NCBI GenBank assembly: GCA_016789405.1
Contig: JAEUPQ010000034.1
Coordinates: forward strand, 1 to 64,000
Source: Lysobacteraceae bacterium
GTDB taxonomy: Bacteria > Pseudomonadota > Gammaproteobacteria > Xanthomonadales > Xanthomonadaceae
Reading direction: 5' to 3'
Length of the DNA: 64,000 bases
Shown: positions 7,101-14,639 of the stretch, piece after piece
Numbering within the stretch: position 1 is the stretch's first letter
Layout of the letters: every line of letters starts with the position of its first letter
Notes under the pieces: generated by a model
What the model saw: the letters and a program-made list of their open reading frames with translations, nothing else
Database searches by the model: none
Told to the model about the DNA's origin: nothing
Program-made: the position numbers and the translations under genes

Positions 7101-9481
7101 AGGATGCGCGATGCCGCGTCGGCCAGCGACTGGGTCTTGCGCTGGCGCTCGTCGAGCAGCGATTGCTTGTGCGTCTCGAAGGTGTCGAGCAGTTCGTCGC
7201 GCTTGGCGACGATGTCGCCGAGGAACTGCTCGTGCTCGCCGAACTGGCTTTCGAGTTCCTCCAGCTGGATCATCAGCCGCGACAGTTCCTGGTCGCAGCG
7301 CTCCGGGTCCCGCGAAGAAGCCAGCGCACTGGCGATGCTCTGTCCGAACAGCGTGAACTGCGCGCCGAACTGGGCCACGGCTTCGCTCGATCCCAGAGCC
7401 TTGCGGCGCTGGTCCGCGCGCGCCTTGGCCTGGTTGAGCTTCGCGTAGATCTCGGAGATGGTCTCGACGATCCGCGTGCGCCGGGTCGCGTCGTCCACCT
7501 TCAACGTCGCCATCAACTCAGACAGCACGTCCAGGTCCGTGGACAGCGCCTGCATTCCCTGCAGCGGCGTCTGCAGCGCAGTCACGCTGGCCGCCTTCTG
7601 CGCTTCGCCATCAAGCGACTGCAGGCGTTCCGAGAACGGATGCAGCGCCTTGTCTCCCGCGAGGAATCCACTCGTGGCCTCGCCGACCTGCGTCTGCGCG
7701 GCGAGCAACTCCGCCTCCATCGCGTCGACGGCGGCCACGTCGACATAGCGCTGCTCGCGAAGCGTCAGCAGGCGCCCGCGCTGCGCAGTGATCGCGTTGA
7801 GTGCATCGACGCAATCCTGGACCTTTTCCCAGCTGTCCGGATGCAAGCCGCCCAGCAGCGTCTTCTGTCGCTCGGACGCGTCGCGCATCGCGTCCGCGGA
7901 CTGGCGACGGATGCTCTCGACCTTTTCGTACTCGTCGAGCACGGCCTCGCTGCTGGCGACGATCTCGCGCAGCAGCGGCGCCAATCCATCGCAATGCCGG
8001 TCCTCGATCCAGTGGTACTGGTCGAACAGGCGACGTGTGGTCTGGGTGAGCAACTGGTAGCGCTGCGCCGACACGTCGGCGGTGTCGATCTCGCGCGCGA
8101 GACTCAGCAGGTCGGAGATGCCGCGCACCAGTTCAGGGTTGCCGATGCGCCCCATGAACGTATTCGCCGCGGGCGCCTTCGCCACATGGTCGTCGAAGGC
8201 GAACGGCGTCTGCCACACCTGCATCGGATGGATCTTCGTCGGCTCGCTGCTCTGGGCCGTGAAGATCACCATGCGCCCGTCTTCCAGCCGCGCATAGCCA
8301 TGACCGATGATCGGCGGCTGCATGCCCCGCTGGATCGTGTTGTAGACGAACAGCGCGACGCGGCCATCCTGCGGCTCGTAGAACAGGTACAGCACGTCCT
8401 CGCCATTGGGCGAGCGGATCTTGCGCTTGAAGCGCATGCCTTCGACGGCCTGGTCGAACGTGCGGGTCTCGCCATTCTGCAGCATGTAGCCACCGGGAAA
8501 GACGATGCCGTGGTCGTCCGGCAACTGCACGCAGGCCTGGCCGATGGCATCGATGCGATGCACCTTGCCTGAAATCGTGTTGTAGGCCAGGTGGCGCCAC
8601 TGCTGTTCCCGGTACGGCAGGACCTTCAGCAGCACGAGACTGCCGACCCGCGCGAAGTCGACCTGCGCGTCGTCGAGCGACTGGGTCTTGTCCTCCACCG
8701 GCTCGCGGTAGATGCCCAGTCCATCCTCGGTGTTGTTCTCGACCTTGATCGTCAGGTCGCCATTGACCGTCTCGACGAACAAGGTATCGAGGATGTTGAG
8801 GTGCGGGTGCCGGCCGTTGACGGCCATGTCGCGCGTCGCGCGCATCCATTCGAAGTCGTAGGGCGCCGGCAGGGCGATGTCGCGCTCACCCCGGTTGTCG
8901 ATGTAGCGCACGCCGCTGCCGTCGACATGCCAGCGGAAGACGCGCATGTCCTCGATGCGCTCGCCGATCTGGAACGCCGCCAGCAACTTGTCGTCGCGCA
9001 CCACCAGCTGCAGGAGCTTCGTGTCCTTGTAGTAGGCGTGCAGCTCGGTGAAGTCCTTCACGAACGCGGCTTCGCCGAGGAAACTCGCCGACGCGGCGAC
9101 GGGCGTCACGTCGTAGCCATCGGCGCCTTCGACCAGACGGTACAGCGAGAACACGTCCTCGATCCGGGTCTCCTTCTTGAGCCCGATGAAGACGTTGTAG
9201 CCGAAGAGCAGGCAATCGCCGACCTGCACGATGTCGCGTGCGACGCAGTTGTGCTCGGTGCGGATGCGCAGGCGCCCGACGACCTCCATCCGGCTGCTGC
9301 CGAACTCCTGCAGCCGCTGCGTGTTCAGGCCCTCGGCGAGGACACGAAGTTGCGCGCCCTGGTCGCCGAGACGCTTGCGCAGCACGTCATAGGCGCCGCC
9401 TTCGGCGACGGCCTTGTCGACTTGCGACACAGCGAGAGCTGCACCGTCCGTATTCGCACTTGTCGTGGTGTTTTCCGCCAT
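4142..9481 (-). CDS. giant (1779 aa) cytoplasmic protein: N-terminal beta-rich region (~450 aa), ~600 aa of predicted coiled coil, a helical region, one AAA+ ATPase module (Walker A at about residue 1305), and a Pro/Ala/Gln-rich coiled-coil tail; family not recognised
   Basis: ATG start with GGAAG upstream. AAA+ motifs appear in canonical order and spacing: Walker A ISPPGYGKTT; Walker B VMLYVDDIQ about 55 aa later; sensor-1 and arginine finger CVVMAGNPYTESGEVFKIPDMLANRADIY about 45 aa after that. Heptad-like charged repeats (for example ELLAAQTQVGEATS..., LEELESQFGEHEQFLGDIVAKRDELLDTFETHKQSLLDERQRK). No TM segments seen. High third-position GC throughout. Confidence 0.8.
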   Translation of the reverse strand: MAENTTTSANTDGAALAVSQVDKAVAEGGAYDVLRKRLGDQGAQLRVLAEGLNTQRLQEFGSSRMEVVGRLRIRTEHNCVARDIVQVGDCLLFGYNVFIGLKKETRIEDVFSLYRLVEGADGYDVTPVAASASFLGEAAFVKDFTELHAYYKDTKLLQLVVRDDKLLAAFQIGERIEDMRVFRWHVDGSGVRYIDNRGERDIALPAPYDFEWMRATRDMAVNGRHPHLNILDTLFVETVNGDLTIKVENNTEDGLGIYREPVEDKTQSLDDAQVDFARVGSLVLLKVLPYREQQWRHLAYNTISGKVHRIDAIGQACVQLPDDHGIVFPGGYMLQNGETRTFDQAVEGMRFKRKIRSPNGEDVLYLFYEPQDGRVALFVYNTIQRGMQPPIIGHGYARLEDGRMVIFTAQSSEPTKIHPMQVWQTPFAFDDHVAKAPAANTFMGRIGNPELVRGISDLLSLAREIDTADVSAQRYQLLTQTTRRLFDQYHWIEDRHCDGLAPLLREIVASSEAVLDEYEKVESIRRQSADAMRDASERQKTLLGGLHPDSWEKVQDCVDALNAITAQRGRLLTLREQRYVDVAAVDAMEAELLAAQTQVGEATSGFLAGDKALHPFSERLQSLDGEAQKAASVTALQTPLQGMQALSTDLDVLSELMATLKVDDATRRTRIVETISEIYAKLNQAKARADQRRKALGSSEAVAQFGAQFTLFGQSIASALASSRDPERCDQELSRLMIQLEELESQFGEHEQFLGDIVAKRDELLDTFETHKQSLLDERQRKTQSLADAASRILDGLGRRTARLSGMDELNAFFAGDALILKLRDLADRLRALKDSVKADDIDARLKGVRDQAVRALRDRTELFEEGGNVIKLGPRHRFSVNTQELDLTVLPREDGLALHLTGTEFFSPVRDAELDALRDFWSLGLESESPQLYRAEYLLGEVIDAAEAGREGLSLDLLRQQAKQPELLSKTIREFSASRYRDGYEKGIHDHDAALLLAALLPLRDSAGLLVHAPAARAWASLFWSSVRDREDAGLWADRARNATSIDRVFSHRGGLVSLRDEIALAMHAEAQAQGLPVDEALCAPAADYLIAVIATQHQSFAFSKYARQLHEALRQRLVAERLWDDLQASLNALREQPAARWHLARHWFDALAQDPAQASLIDYLPEAVALLLLGDEALSKVVEVDLRASVAGLLGEHPRIAAGTIHLGVDDIAERLRRHRSDFLPKFRRCHALRQALVAREREALRLSEFKARPLSSFVRNKLINDVYLGVIGDNLAKQMGTVGESKRSDLMGMLMLISPPGYGKTTLMEYVAHRLGLIFMKINGPALGHEVRSLDPAQAPDAAARQELEKLNLALEMGNNVMLYVDDIQHTHPEFLQKFISLCDGTRRIEGVWQGRTRTYDLRGKKFCVVMAGNPYTESGEVFKIPDMLANRADIYNLGDVLGGMEEAFKLSYVENCLTSNAVLAPLATRDLGDLYKLVDKIAGKPFSANSLSHAYSAAEINEITATLERLMQVREVVYRVNQQYIASAAQADKYRTEPSFKLQGSYRNMNKLAEKISPVMNAAELQQLIADHYQGESQLLTTGAEENLLKLAELREVMSETQAARWAQIKRDFLRNKAMGSDDAEVGPRVVAQLADLVEGVRGLEKLGERAPATPAAPPEPAPWAQILASLERLSEAMAAPRVVSPEAAPPAAQPPMPEWYERHAEQQVQLQQVMALIAERITAQTEAMKAAPAAGTRRRRAPGEEALVPPGEREVQLQKALEEFSDRLLGRTPR
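5130..5615 (-). other. AAA+ ATPase module inside the giant protein (Walker A GYGKTT at about 5548-5580)
   Basis: By-eye motif mapping: PPGYGKTT ... LYVDDIQ ... VMAGNPYT ... DMLANRADIY. Coordinates approximate (plus or minus a few nt). Confidence 0.6.
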
Positions 9482-9699
9482 GTCTTCCGATCGTCGCTGT
9501 CAGTGGCGCGGCGACTACGACCCCGCGCCGATTTCAAGGGAAATGCTTGTTGCCTGTCGGCACTGCAACCATGACGGGTTCGAACGCCATCGATTTCCAC
9601 CGTCTTCGACGGCCATCGTCTGCTCGGAACCGTTCACCAACGGTACGCAGGAACCCTGGCGCCGATCCACCCGGCATTGCATTTTCGATGCTCTGCGCG

Positions 9700-10287
9700 T
9701 CACGCACCCGTGCTGACCGCTGCCATTTTGTCGCATGGCCCGGACACACCCTGCTTCCGCCTGATCTCATCCGGCCCCATGGCCGCTGCCGTGCCTGATT
9801 GGTGGGATGCTGGAACCCATTCACGCACCTTCTGCTCTTTCAAGACAACGGCATCGACGTACGTGACGGCTTTCGATTTCGTGCAGATGATCACGAGTGC
9901 GAATCGCCCGCCCCCCATGTCCAGCGCACTGGCGTCCATGGCTTCTGCAGATGCGACCTTGCGGACGTCGACGGAGCCCATCGCATCCTTCCTGGCAGCA
10001 AGGCGTGCTTCGAAGTCCCGGTACTCGTTCGCGTCTCGATAGGCTTTCAGCATCCCGGTCCAGAGCTGCTCGTACATGGCCCGGTCGGCCATTTCCACAT
10101 AGCGCATCGCCGCGAGTGTCGCTCCTTCCCGCTCGACTGCTCTCAGTGCGACCACCGTTCCTTCGAAGTCAAGCGATTCCTCCTGCCCTGCATGGACTTC
10201 GCCTGCAAGGACTTCGCCTGCATCGCCGCATCCCGAGACCAGCATCGTCGCTCCCAGCACCATCGCCATCATTGCGGTACGAATCAT
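9700..10287 (-). CDS. putative lipoprotein of unknown function
   Basis: The ORF track gives 9700..10317 from a TTG. The in-frame ATG at 10287 (MIRTAMMAMVLGATMLVSGCGDAG) gives a typical lipoprotein signal peptide with lipobox LVSGC and a GAGGAA RBS about 10 nt upstream. The C-terminal part is low-complexity, so the true stop and extent are uncertain. Confidence 0.45.
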   Translation of the reverse strand: MIRTAMMAMVLGATMLVSGCGDAGEVLAGEVHAGQEESLDFEGTVVALRAVEREGATLAAMRYVEMADRAMYEQLWTGMLKAYRDANEYRDFEARLAARKDAMGSVDVRKVASAEAMDASALDMGGGRFALVIICTKSKAVTYVDAVVLKEQKVREWVPASHQSGTAAAMGPDEIRRKQGVSGPCDKMAAVSTGA

Positions 10288-10415
10288 GTTTGCCAATTCC
10301 TCATGAGATCTGTTCAACGGGGGATGGAGCGGACAACACGGATCTCGACCGAATCATCGCCGCGCTCGGCGACGACGATCCGCGCGGAGCCTCGCATCGA
10401 CCGCCGGGAGCTGGA

Positions 10416-12404
10416 TCAAGCTTCTTCCGGTTCCACGGCCTTCTTCCCACCCACCTGCATCGACAGCAGCTTCTGCAGCACTTCCTGCACGATCGGACTC
10501 TTGCCGGCGACGCCTTCCACCGCCTTGCCGACCGACAGCGCCTTGGCGAACGAGTCGAAGAACGCACCTTCGCCGCCGACGATGTCGATGTTCGCCTTGG
10601 CCAGCGCGGTGGACAGCACCTCGGCCTGCTCGCGCGCGATCTCCTTGTTCGCTTCGATCGAGGCCAGCGCCTGCTCGAAGTTCTTTTCCAGCTGCATGCG
10701 GAACTCCTCGTGCGCACGCGCCTGGTCGCTGAGCGAGCCCAGCGCGCCGAACTTCTCGGTCAGACCCTCGGCCTCCGAGCGGTACTTCTGGCGCATCACT
10801 TCGGCCTCGCTGAAGCCGACGTCCTTGGTGACCTTCGCCTGCGCCTCGCCCAGCTGCGTTTCGCCGCGCGCCTTCGCTGCCAGGTTCTCTTCGAGTACCT
10901 TCGCGTCGGCGAGGCCCTTGTCCTGCGTGCCGCGCGCTTCCGCGGCCAGGGTTTCGGCGACCACGCGCGCCTTGGCCAGGCCTTCCTTCTCGAGCGCCGC
11001 CGCGGTGATCTCGCGCACGCGCGCATCGGCCAGACCGGGCGCCGCGCGCTCGGCTTCGATACCTTCCGCCATGCGCTTCTTCGCCTCGGCCTGCTTCGCA
11101 GCCGCTTCCAGTTCGGCCTGCGCGATCACGGTCAGCTCGACCGCCTTGTGCTTCGATGCCTGCTCGTCGGCTTCGGCCTGCTTGACCTGGCGCACCAGCT
11201 CTTCTTCGGCCTTGGCCTGCGCGGCGAGGATCGTCACCTGCTTCTTGCGATCGGCCTCGGACACTTCACGCACTTCCTTGATGCGCTCCTGCTCCAGCGC
11301 CACGGTCTTGTCGACGGCGACGCGCTCGCGGACCACGTTGGCGATGTCCTTGCGCTGGATCTCCAGCGCCTTTTCCTTCTCGATCTTCTGCAGCTCGACC
11401 TCGCGCTCGCGAGACACGATCTCGAGTTCCTTGGCGCGCGTGACCTTCTCGACCTCGATCACGACGGCACGCTGGCGATTCTGCTCGGCCACTTCGACTT
11501 CGCGCAGCCTGTTCTGGTCGCGGATGTCGAGCTGCTCCTGGGTCGCCAGGCGCGCCTGCTCGGCCTTGAGGCGCTCTTCTTCCTGCACCTTCAGCGTTTC
11601 GGCTTCTTCGCGCGCACGAATCGTTGCGATCTCGCGCTTCTGGCGCGCCTCGGCATCGGCCTGCTGGCGCTCCAGCGCGAGCATCGCCTCGCGCGTCTCG
11701 ACGTTCTTCTTGGTGATCGCAAGTTCCTCGTTGCGCGCCAGCTCGTTGGTGATGACGTTCTGCGCGGCGGTGAGCTCGGTGATCTTGCGGATGCCTTCGG
11801 CGTCGAGGATGTTGCTCGGGTCGAGCGAGTTCTTCGGCGTCTGCTCCAGGTAGTCGATCGCGACGTCTTCCAGCACGTAGCCGTTGAGGTCGTTGCCGAT
11901 GACCTGGATGATGCGGTCGCGGAACTCCTGGCGGTTCTCGAACAGCTTCACGAAGTCGATCTGCTTGCCGACCGTCTTCAGCGCTTCGGAGAACTTCGCG
12001 TTGAACAGCTCGTTGACCGCGACCTTGTCGGACGCGCGGTCGACGCCGATCGCCTTGGCCACCTTCAGCACGTCCTGCGCGGTCTCGTTGACGCGCAGGT
12101 AGAACGCGACGGTGATGTCGGCACGCATGTTGTCCTGGCAGATCAGTCCGTCCTTGCCGCGGCGATCCACTTCGAGGGTGATCAGCGAGATCCGCATGAA
12201 CTCCTTCTTGTAGATCACCGGATAGACCAGCGCACCAGTGAAATGCACCTTCGGCGTCGACGACATGTCGTTGACGATCAGCGCCGTGCCCTGCGGCACC
12301 TTGATGTAGAAGGCCTTGAAGAGGCCGACGATGCCGAGCAGCATCACGATGATGGCGCCCGTGATTGTTAGGAGCATCATGACGTTCGGACCCAGGTCGT
12401 TCAT
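10416..12404 (-). CDS. flotillin-like SPFH/band-7 protein (YqiK family)
   Basis: 662 aa from ATG at 12404, with a strong AGGAGGAA RBS 7 nt upstream. It has an N-terminal TM helix, then an SPFH domain (KVPQGTALIVNDMSS...ITLEVDRRGKDGLICQDNMRADITVAFYLRV), then a very long EA/K-rich coiled-coil/flotillin region. The extra N-terminal codons in the track ORF (GTG at 12455) are rejected. Confidence 0.85.
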   Translation of the reverse strand: MNDLGPNVMMLLTITGAIIVMLLGIVGLFKAFYIKVPQGTALIVNDMSSTPKVHFTGALVYPVIYKKEFMRISLITLEVDRRGKDGLICQDNMRADITVAFYLRVNETAQDVLKVAKAIGVDRASDKVAVNELFNAKFSEALKTVGKQIDFVKLFENRQEFRDRIIQVIGNDLNGYVLEDVAIDYLEQTPKNSLDPSNILDAEGIRKITELTAAQNVITNELARNEELAITKKNVETREAMLALERQQADAEARQKREIATIRAREEAETLKVQEEERLKAEQARLATQEQLDIRDQNRLREVEVAEQNRQRAVVIEVEKVTRAKELEIVSREREVELQKIEKEKALEIQRKDIANVVRERVAVDKTVALEQERIKEVREVSEADRKKQVTILAAQAKAEEELVRQVKQAEADEQASKHKAVELTVIAQAELEAAAKQAEAKKRMAEGIEAERAAPGLADARVREITAAALEKEGLAKARVVAETLAAEARGTQDKGLADAKVLEENLAAKARGETQLGEAQAKVTKDVGFSEAEVMRQKYRSEAEGLTEKFGALGSLSDQARAHEEFRMQLEKNFEQALASIEANKEIAREQAEVLSTALAKANIDIVGGEGAFFDSFAKALSVGKAVEGVAGKSPIVQEVLQKLLSMQVGGKKAVEPEEA

Positions 12405-12480
12405 TGCGTTTCCTCCTGATCTCTCATTGCATTGTTCGTTCGCTGCACCGCCCACGGAATCCGGGCATCGGCACAGATGG

Positions 12481-13176
12481 TCATATTTCTTCGAATTCCG
12501 TCGTCGACGTCACCCGATAGGCGTTCTGTTCATCCAGGTATTCGATCAGCACGACGCGATCGCCCCTCACGAAACGGCCTGGTACGTCGCAACGCACCTG
12601 CAGGATCAATCCGGCGCCGCCGTCATCGACCCAGGCGGTACCGTGCGTGTGCGTGATCTCCGGGCTGCGCACCTCGGCATAGCGGCCGAGCAACGGGCGC
12701 TGCGTGACCGGTTCGTAGCGGCGCAGCAGCCTGCGCACCGGGGCCAGCACCATGCGCCCGACCGGGATCGACAACAGCAGGCCACCGAACATCGTCGCGA
12801 TCGCGGCCAGCGTGGCGCCGATGCCTTCGGGCATCGCACTGATCACATGCAGGTCGACCATGAAGCAGAACGACCAGCCGACGATGGCGATGATCGTGAA
12901 GACCACCATCACCGGTACGCCGTGCAGACCGAACTTCATCAGGAAGCCGCCGAAGCTGCCATGGTCGCCGTGCGCATCGTGCGAACCGTGCGCGCCATGC
13001 GCTCCGTGGGCACCGTGCATGGCATCGGCGCCGATGTCGTCCGGCAGCAGGCCATCCAGCGCGTCGAGCTCGAGGATGCCCAGCGCCGACAGCAGCCAGT
13101 GCACGGTCACCACCAGCAGCAGCACGCTGTACACGACGGTCGGGAACGATGTCACGACCTTCAGGAACACTTCCAT
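12481..13176 (-). CDS. YqiJ/NfeD-like inner-membrane protein (partner of flotillin), with a His-Gly repeat loop
   Basis: 231 aa. Two TM segments. A C-terminal OB-fold-like region (GRYAEVRSPEITHTHGTAWVDDGGAGLILQVRCD...GDRVVLIEY) as in NfeD/YqiJ proteins. GGAGG RBS upstream. Contains HGAHGAHGAHGSHDAHGDHG. Confidence 0.7.
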   Translation of the reverse strand: MEVFLKVVTSFPTVVYSVLLLVVTVHWLLSALGILELDALDGLLPDDIGADAMHGAHGAHGAHGSHDAHGDHGSFGGFLMKFGLHGVPVMVVFTIIAIVGWSFCFMVDLHVISAMPEGIGATLAAIATMFGGLLLSIPVGRMVLAPVRRLLRRYEPVTQRPLLGRYAEVRSPEITHTHGTAWVDDGGAGLILQVRCDVPGRFVRGDRVVLIEYLDEQNAYRVTSTTEFEEI

Positions 13177-13249
13177 CTCGCCTCCCCTCTTCTCGCGGCG
13201 CGTTTCATCGCCGCCTGCCCCTTGCCGAAAACTACGCCTTGCTCGTCCG

Positions 13250-14011
13250 TCATTCGTCCTGCCGATCCTTCAGGCGCGACAGCACGGCCTCGGTGCGATC
13301 CTCTTCCGCGATGATGCCGGCGCGTCGCAGCCGTGCTTCGAGCGATGCGTCGAGTTCGTCGCCCGCCTCGACCTTCAGCGCATCCAGTGTCACGCCACGT
13401 TCGGCCTGCCTGCGCTTGATGCGCTCGAGCGAATCCAGCGCGGTCCGCACGCGACCATCCGAATCGCGACGCCGCTGCGCCATCGCGACCTGCGCGCGCT
13501 GCACGGTTTCCGTCGCGCGCACGGTGTCGACCTGCTGCTTGAGTCGACCGATGTTCGCCTCGAAGTTCGCCGCGACCTTGCGCAGCTGCGCGATGCCGTC
13601 GGTGAATTCCCGCACCTGTGCGGCGTGGCCGTCGCGCTCGATCTCCAGCAGGGCGATGTGTCCCGCGACGTCGCGGGCCAGCGCGTCCTCGCCGGACTTC
13701 AGCGCCTTCAGCGCATAGCCCTCGTATTCCTCCAGCCTGGCGTTCGCCGAGGCGAGGCGCTCCTGCGCGACCTTGCAGCGCGCCATGGTCTCGGCCAGCG
13801 TCGTGCGCACGCGGCGCAGTTCGGCGTCGTTGTCGCGGATCTCCTCGTCGAGGATGCGCAGCGCCTGGCTGTCGGCAATGACATCGCCCAGCCCGTCGAC
13901 ACCGCCACGCACCGCCGCGACCAGGCGGCGCCACAGCGCGGACGGCTCCGGCACGTCCGTCGTTTCGATTTGCGGCTTCGACTTGCGTCCGCCCTGCGCC
14001 TTCGTGCTCAT
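13250..14011 (-). CDS. PspA/IM30/Vipp1-family protein (ESCRT-III-like; YjfJ-type paralog)
   Basis: The track ORF is 462 aa, but the real start is MSTKAQGGRKS at 14011, giving 253 aa. The ATG overlaps the yjfI-like stop (ATGA). The protein is all-helical with charged heptads, for example MARCKVAQERLASANARLEEYEGYALKALKSGEDALARDVAGHIALLEIERDGHAAQ. Confidence 0.85.
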   Translation of the reverse strand: MSTKAQGGRKSKPQIETTDVPEPSALWRRLVAAVRGGVDGLGDVIADSQALRILDEEIRDNDAELRRVRTTLAETMARCKVAQERLASANARLEEYEGYALKALKSGEDALARDVAGHIALLEIERDGHAAQVREFTDGIAQLRKVAANFEANIGRLKQQVDTVRATETVQRAQVAMAQRRRDSDGRVRTALDSLERIKRRQAERGVTLDALKVEAGDELDASLEARLRRAGIIAEEDRTEAVLSRLKDRQDE

Positions 14012-14448
14012 GCGGCCTCCCGCAGGTGCCATTCGTAGGCTTCGGTGGCGCGGATGACGTTGTCGGCGAGCGTTTCCATCTCGAACAGCACGTCGGCGAG
14101 CGAGGACGCCGAGCTGAGCGCGCCGAACATGATGTAGACCGCTTCGCCGTCGATCGTCTCGATGCCGAGCGTCGACAGCGGGAACAACTTGTGGGTCCGC
14201 AGCAGCTCTTCGTTGAAACCGGCGGCATCGCGGACCTGGGACACAGGCCAGAGCATCGCTTCGACGACGATCTGCCGACCGACCACGGCCATGTACAGCG
14301 GCAGGTCGCCGTAATCGTGCATGGTCAGGTACAGGCCGGGCTCGGCGCCGTCGATCAGCTCGGCCGTGATCACGCCAAGGCGCGCGCCATCGCTGGCGAC
14401 CAGGGCGTCGTGCAGGGCCTTCGCGGTCCACAGGGTCTTGTCGGGCAT
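14008..14448 (-). CDS. YjfI-like protein (DUF2170), conserved partner of PspA-family yjfJ
   Basis: 146 aa from MPDKTLW, preceded by a strong GGAAGGAGAG RBS. LLRTHKLFPLSTLGIETIDGEAVYIMFGALSSAS matches E. coli YjfI LLQTHKLVPLSTVGINTLNGEEYYIAFGALSSQS. The track's extension to 14670 starts at a TTG that is actually a TTGACA -35-like hexamer. An in-frame upstream ATG at about 14634 cannot be fully excluded. Confidence 0.7.
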   Translation of the reverse strand: MPDKTLWTAKALHDALVASDGARLGVITAELIDGAEPGLYLTMHDYGDLPLYMAVVGRQIVVEAMLWPVSQVRDAAGFNEELLRTHKLFPLSTLGIETIDGEAVYIMFGALSSASSLADVLFEMETLADNVIRATEAYEWHLREAA

Positions 14449-14639
14449 GGCGAGCTCTCCTTCCGTCGGCGCCGCCGGCGAGGGCCCGCCTCGCGGCAGG
14501 CGCATCCGCCGCTCCACGGCCGCCAGTTCGTCGGCGTATTCGGGCAACACCCACAACTCCTTCTTCACCAGGCCCTGCTCGCGCAGGCGGTCGCGATGTC
14601 GTCGCTGGTAGAAGGCGGAGCTGCGGCGTTCCATGCATC

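Noticed and set aside
4754-8572. 1272-aa plus-strand ORF overlapping the giant gene (and similar long antisense ORFs at 250-2127, 9897-12371, 16911-19676, 41830-43932, 45427-48579, 61433-63760)
   Set aside because: They lie antisense to well-supported genes. They are Arg/Ala/Gly/His-rich with no motifs. They lack third-position GC bias relative to the sense frame. They are the expected stop-codon-poor artefacts of about 70% GC DNA.
14470-14634. Separate small gene MERRSSAFYQRRHRDRLREQGLVKKELWVL... upstream of yjfI
   Set aside because: It is in the same frame as yjfI with no intervening stop, so it cannot be an independent gene. It is either 5' leader or an N-terminal extension, and was left flagged rather than annotated.
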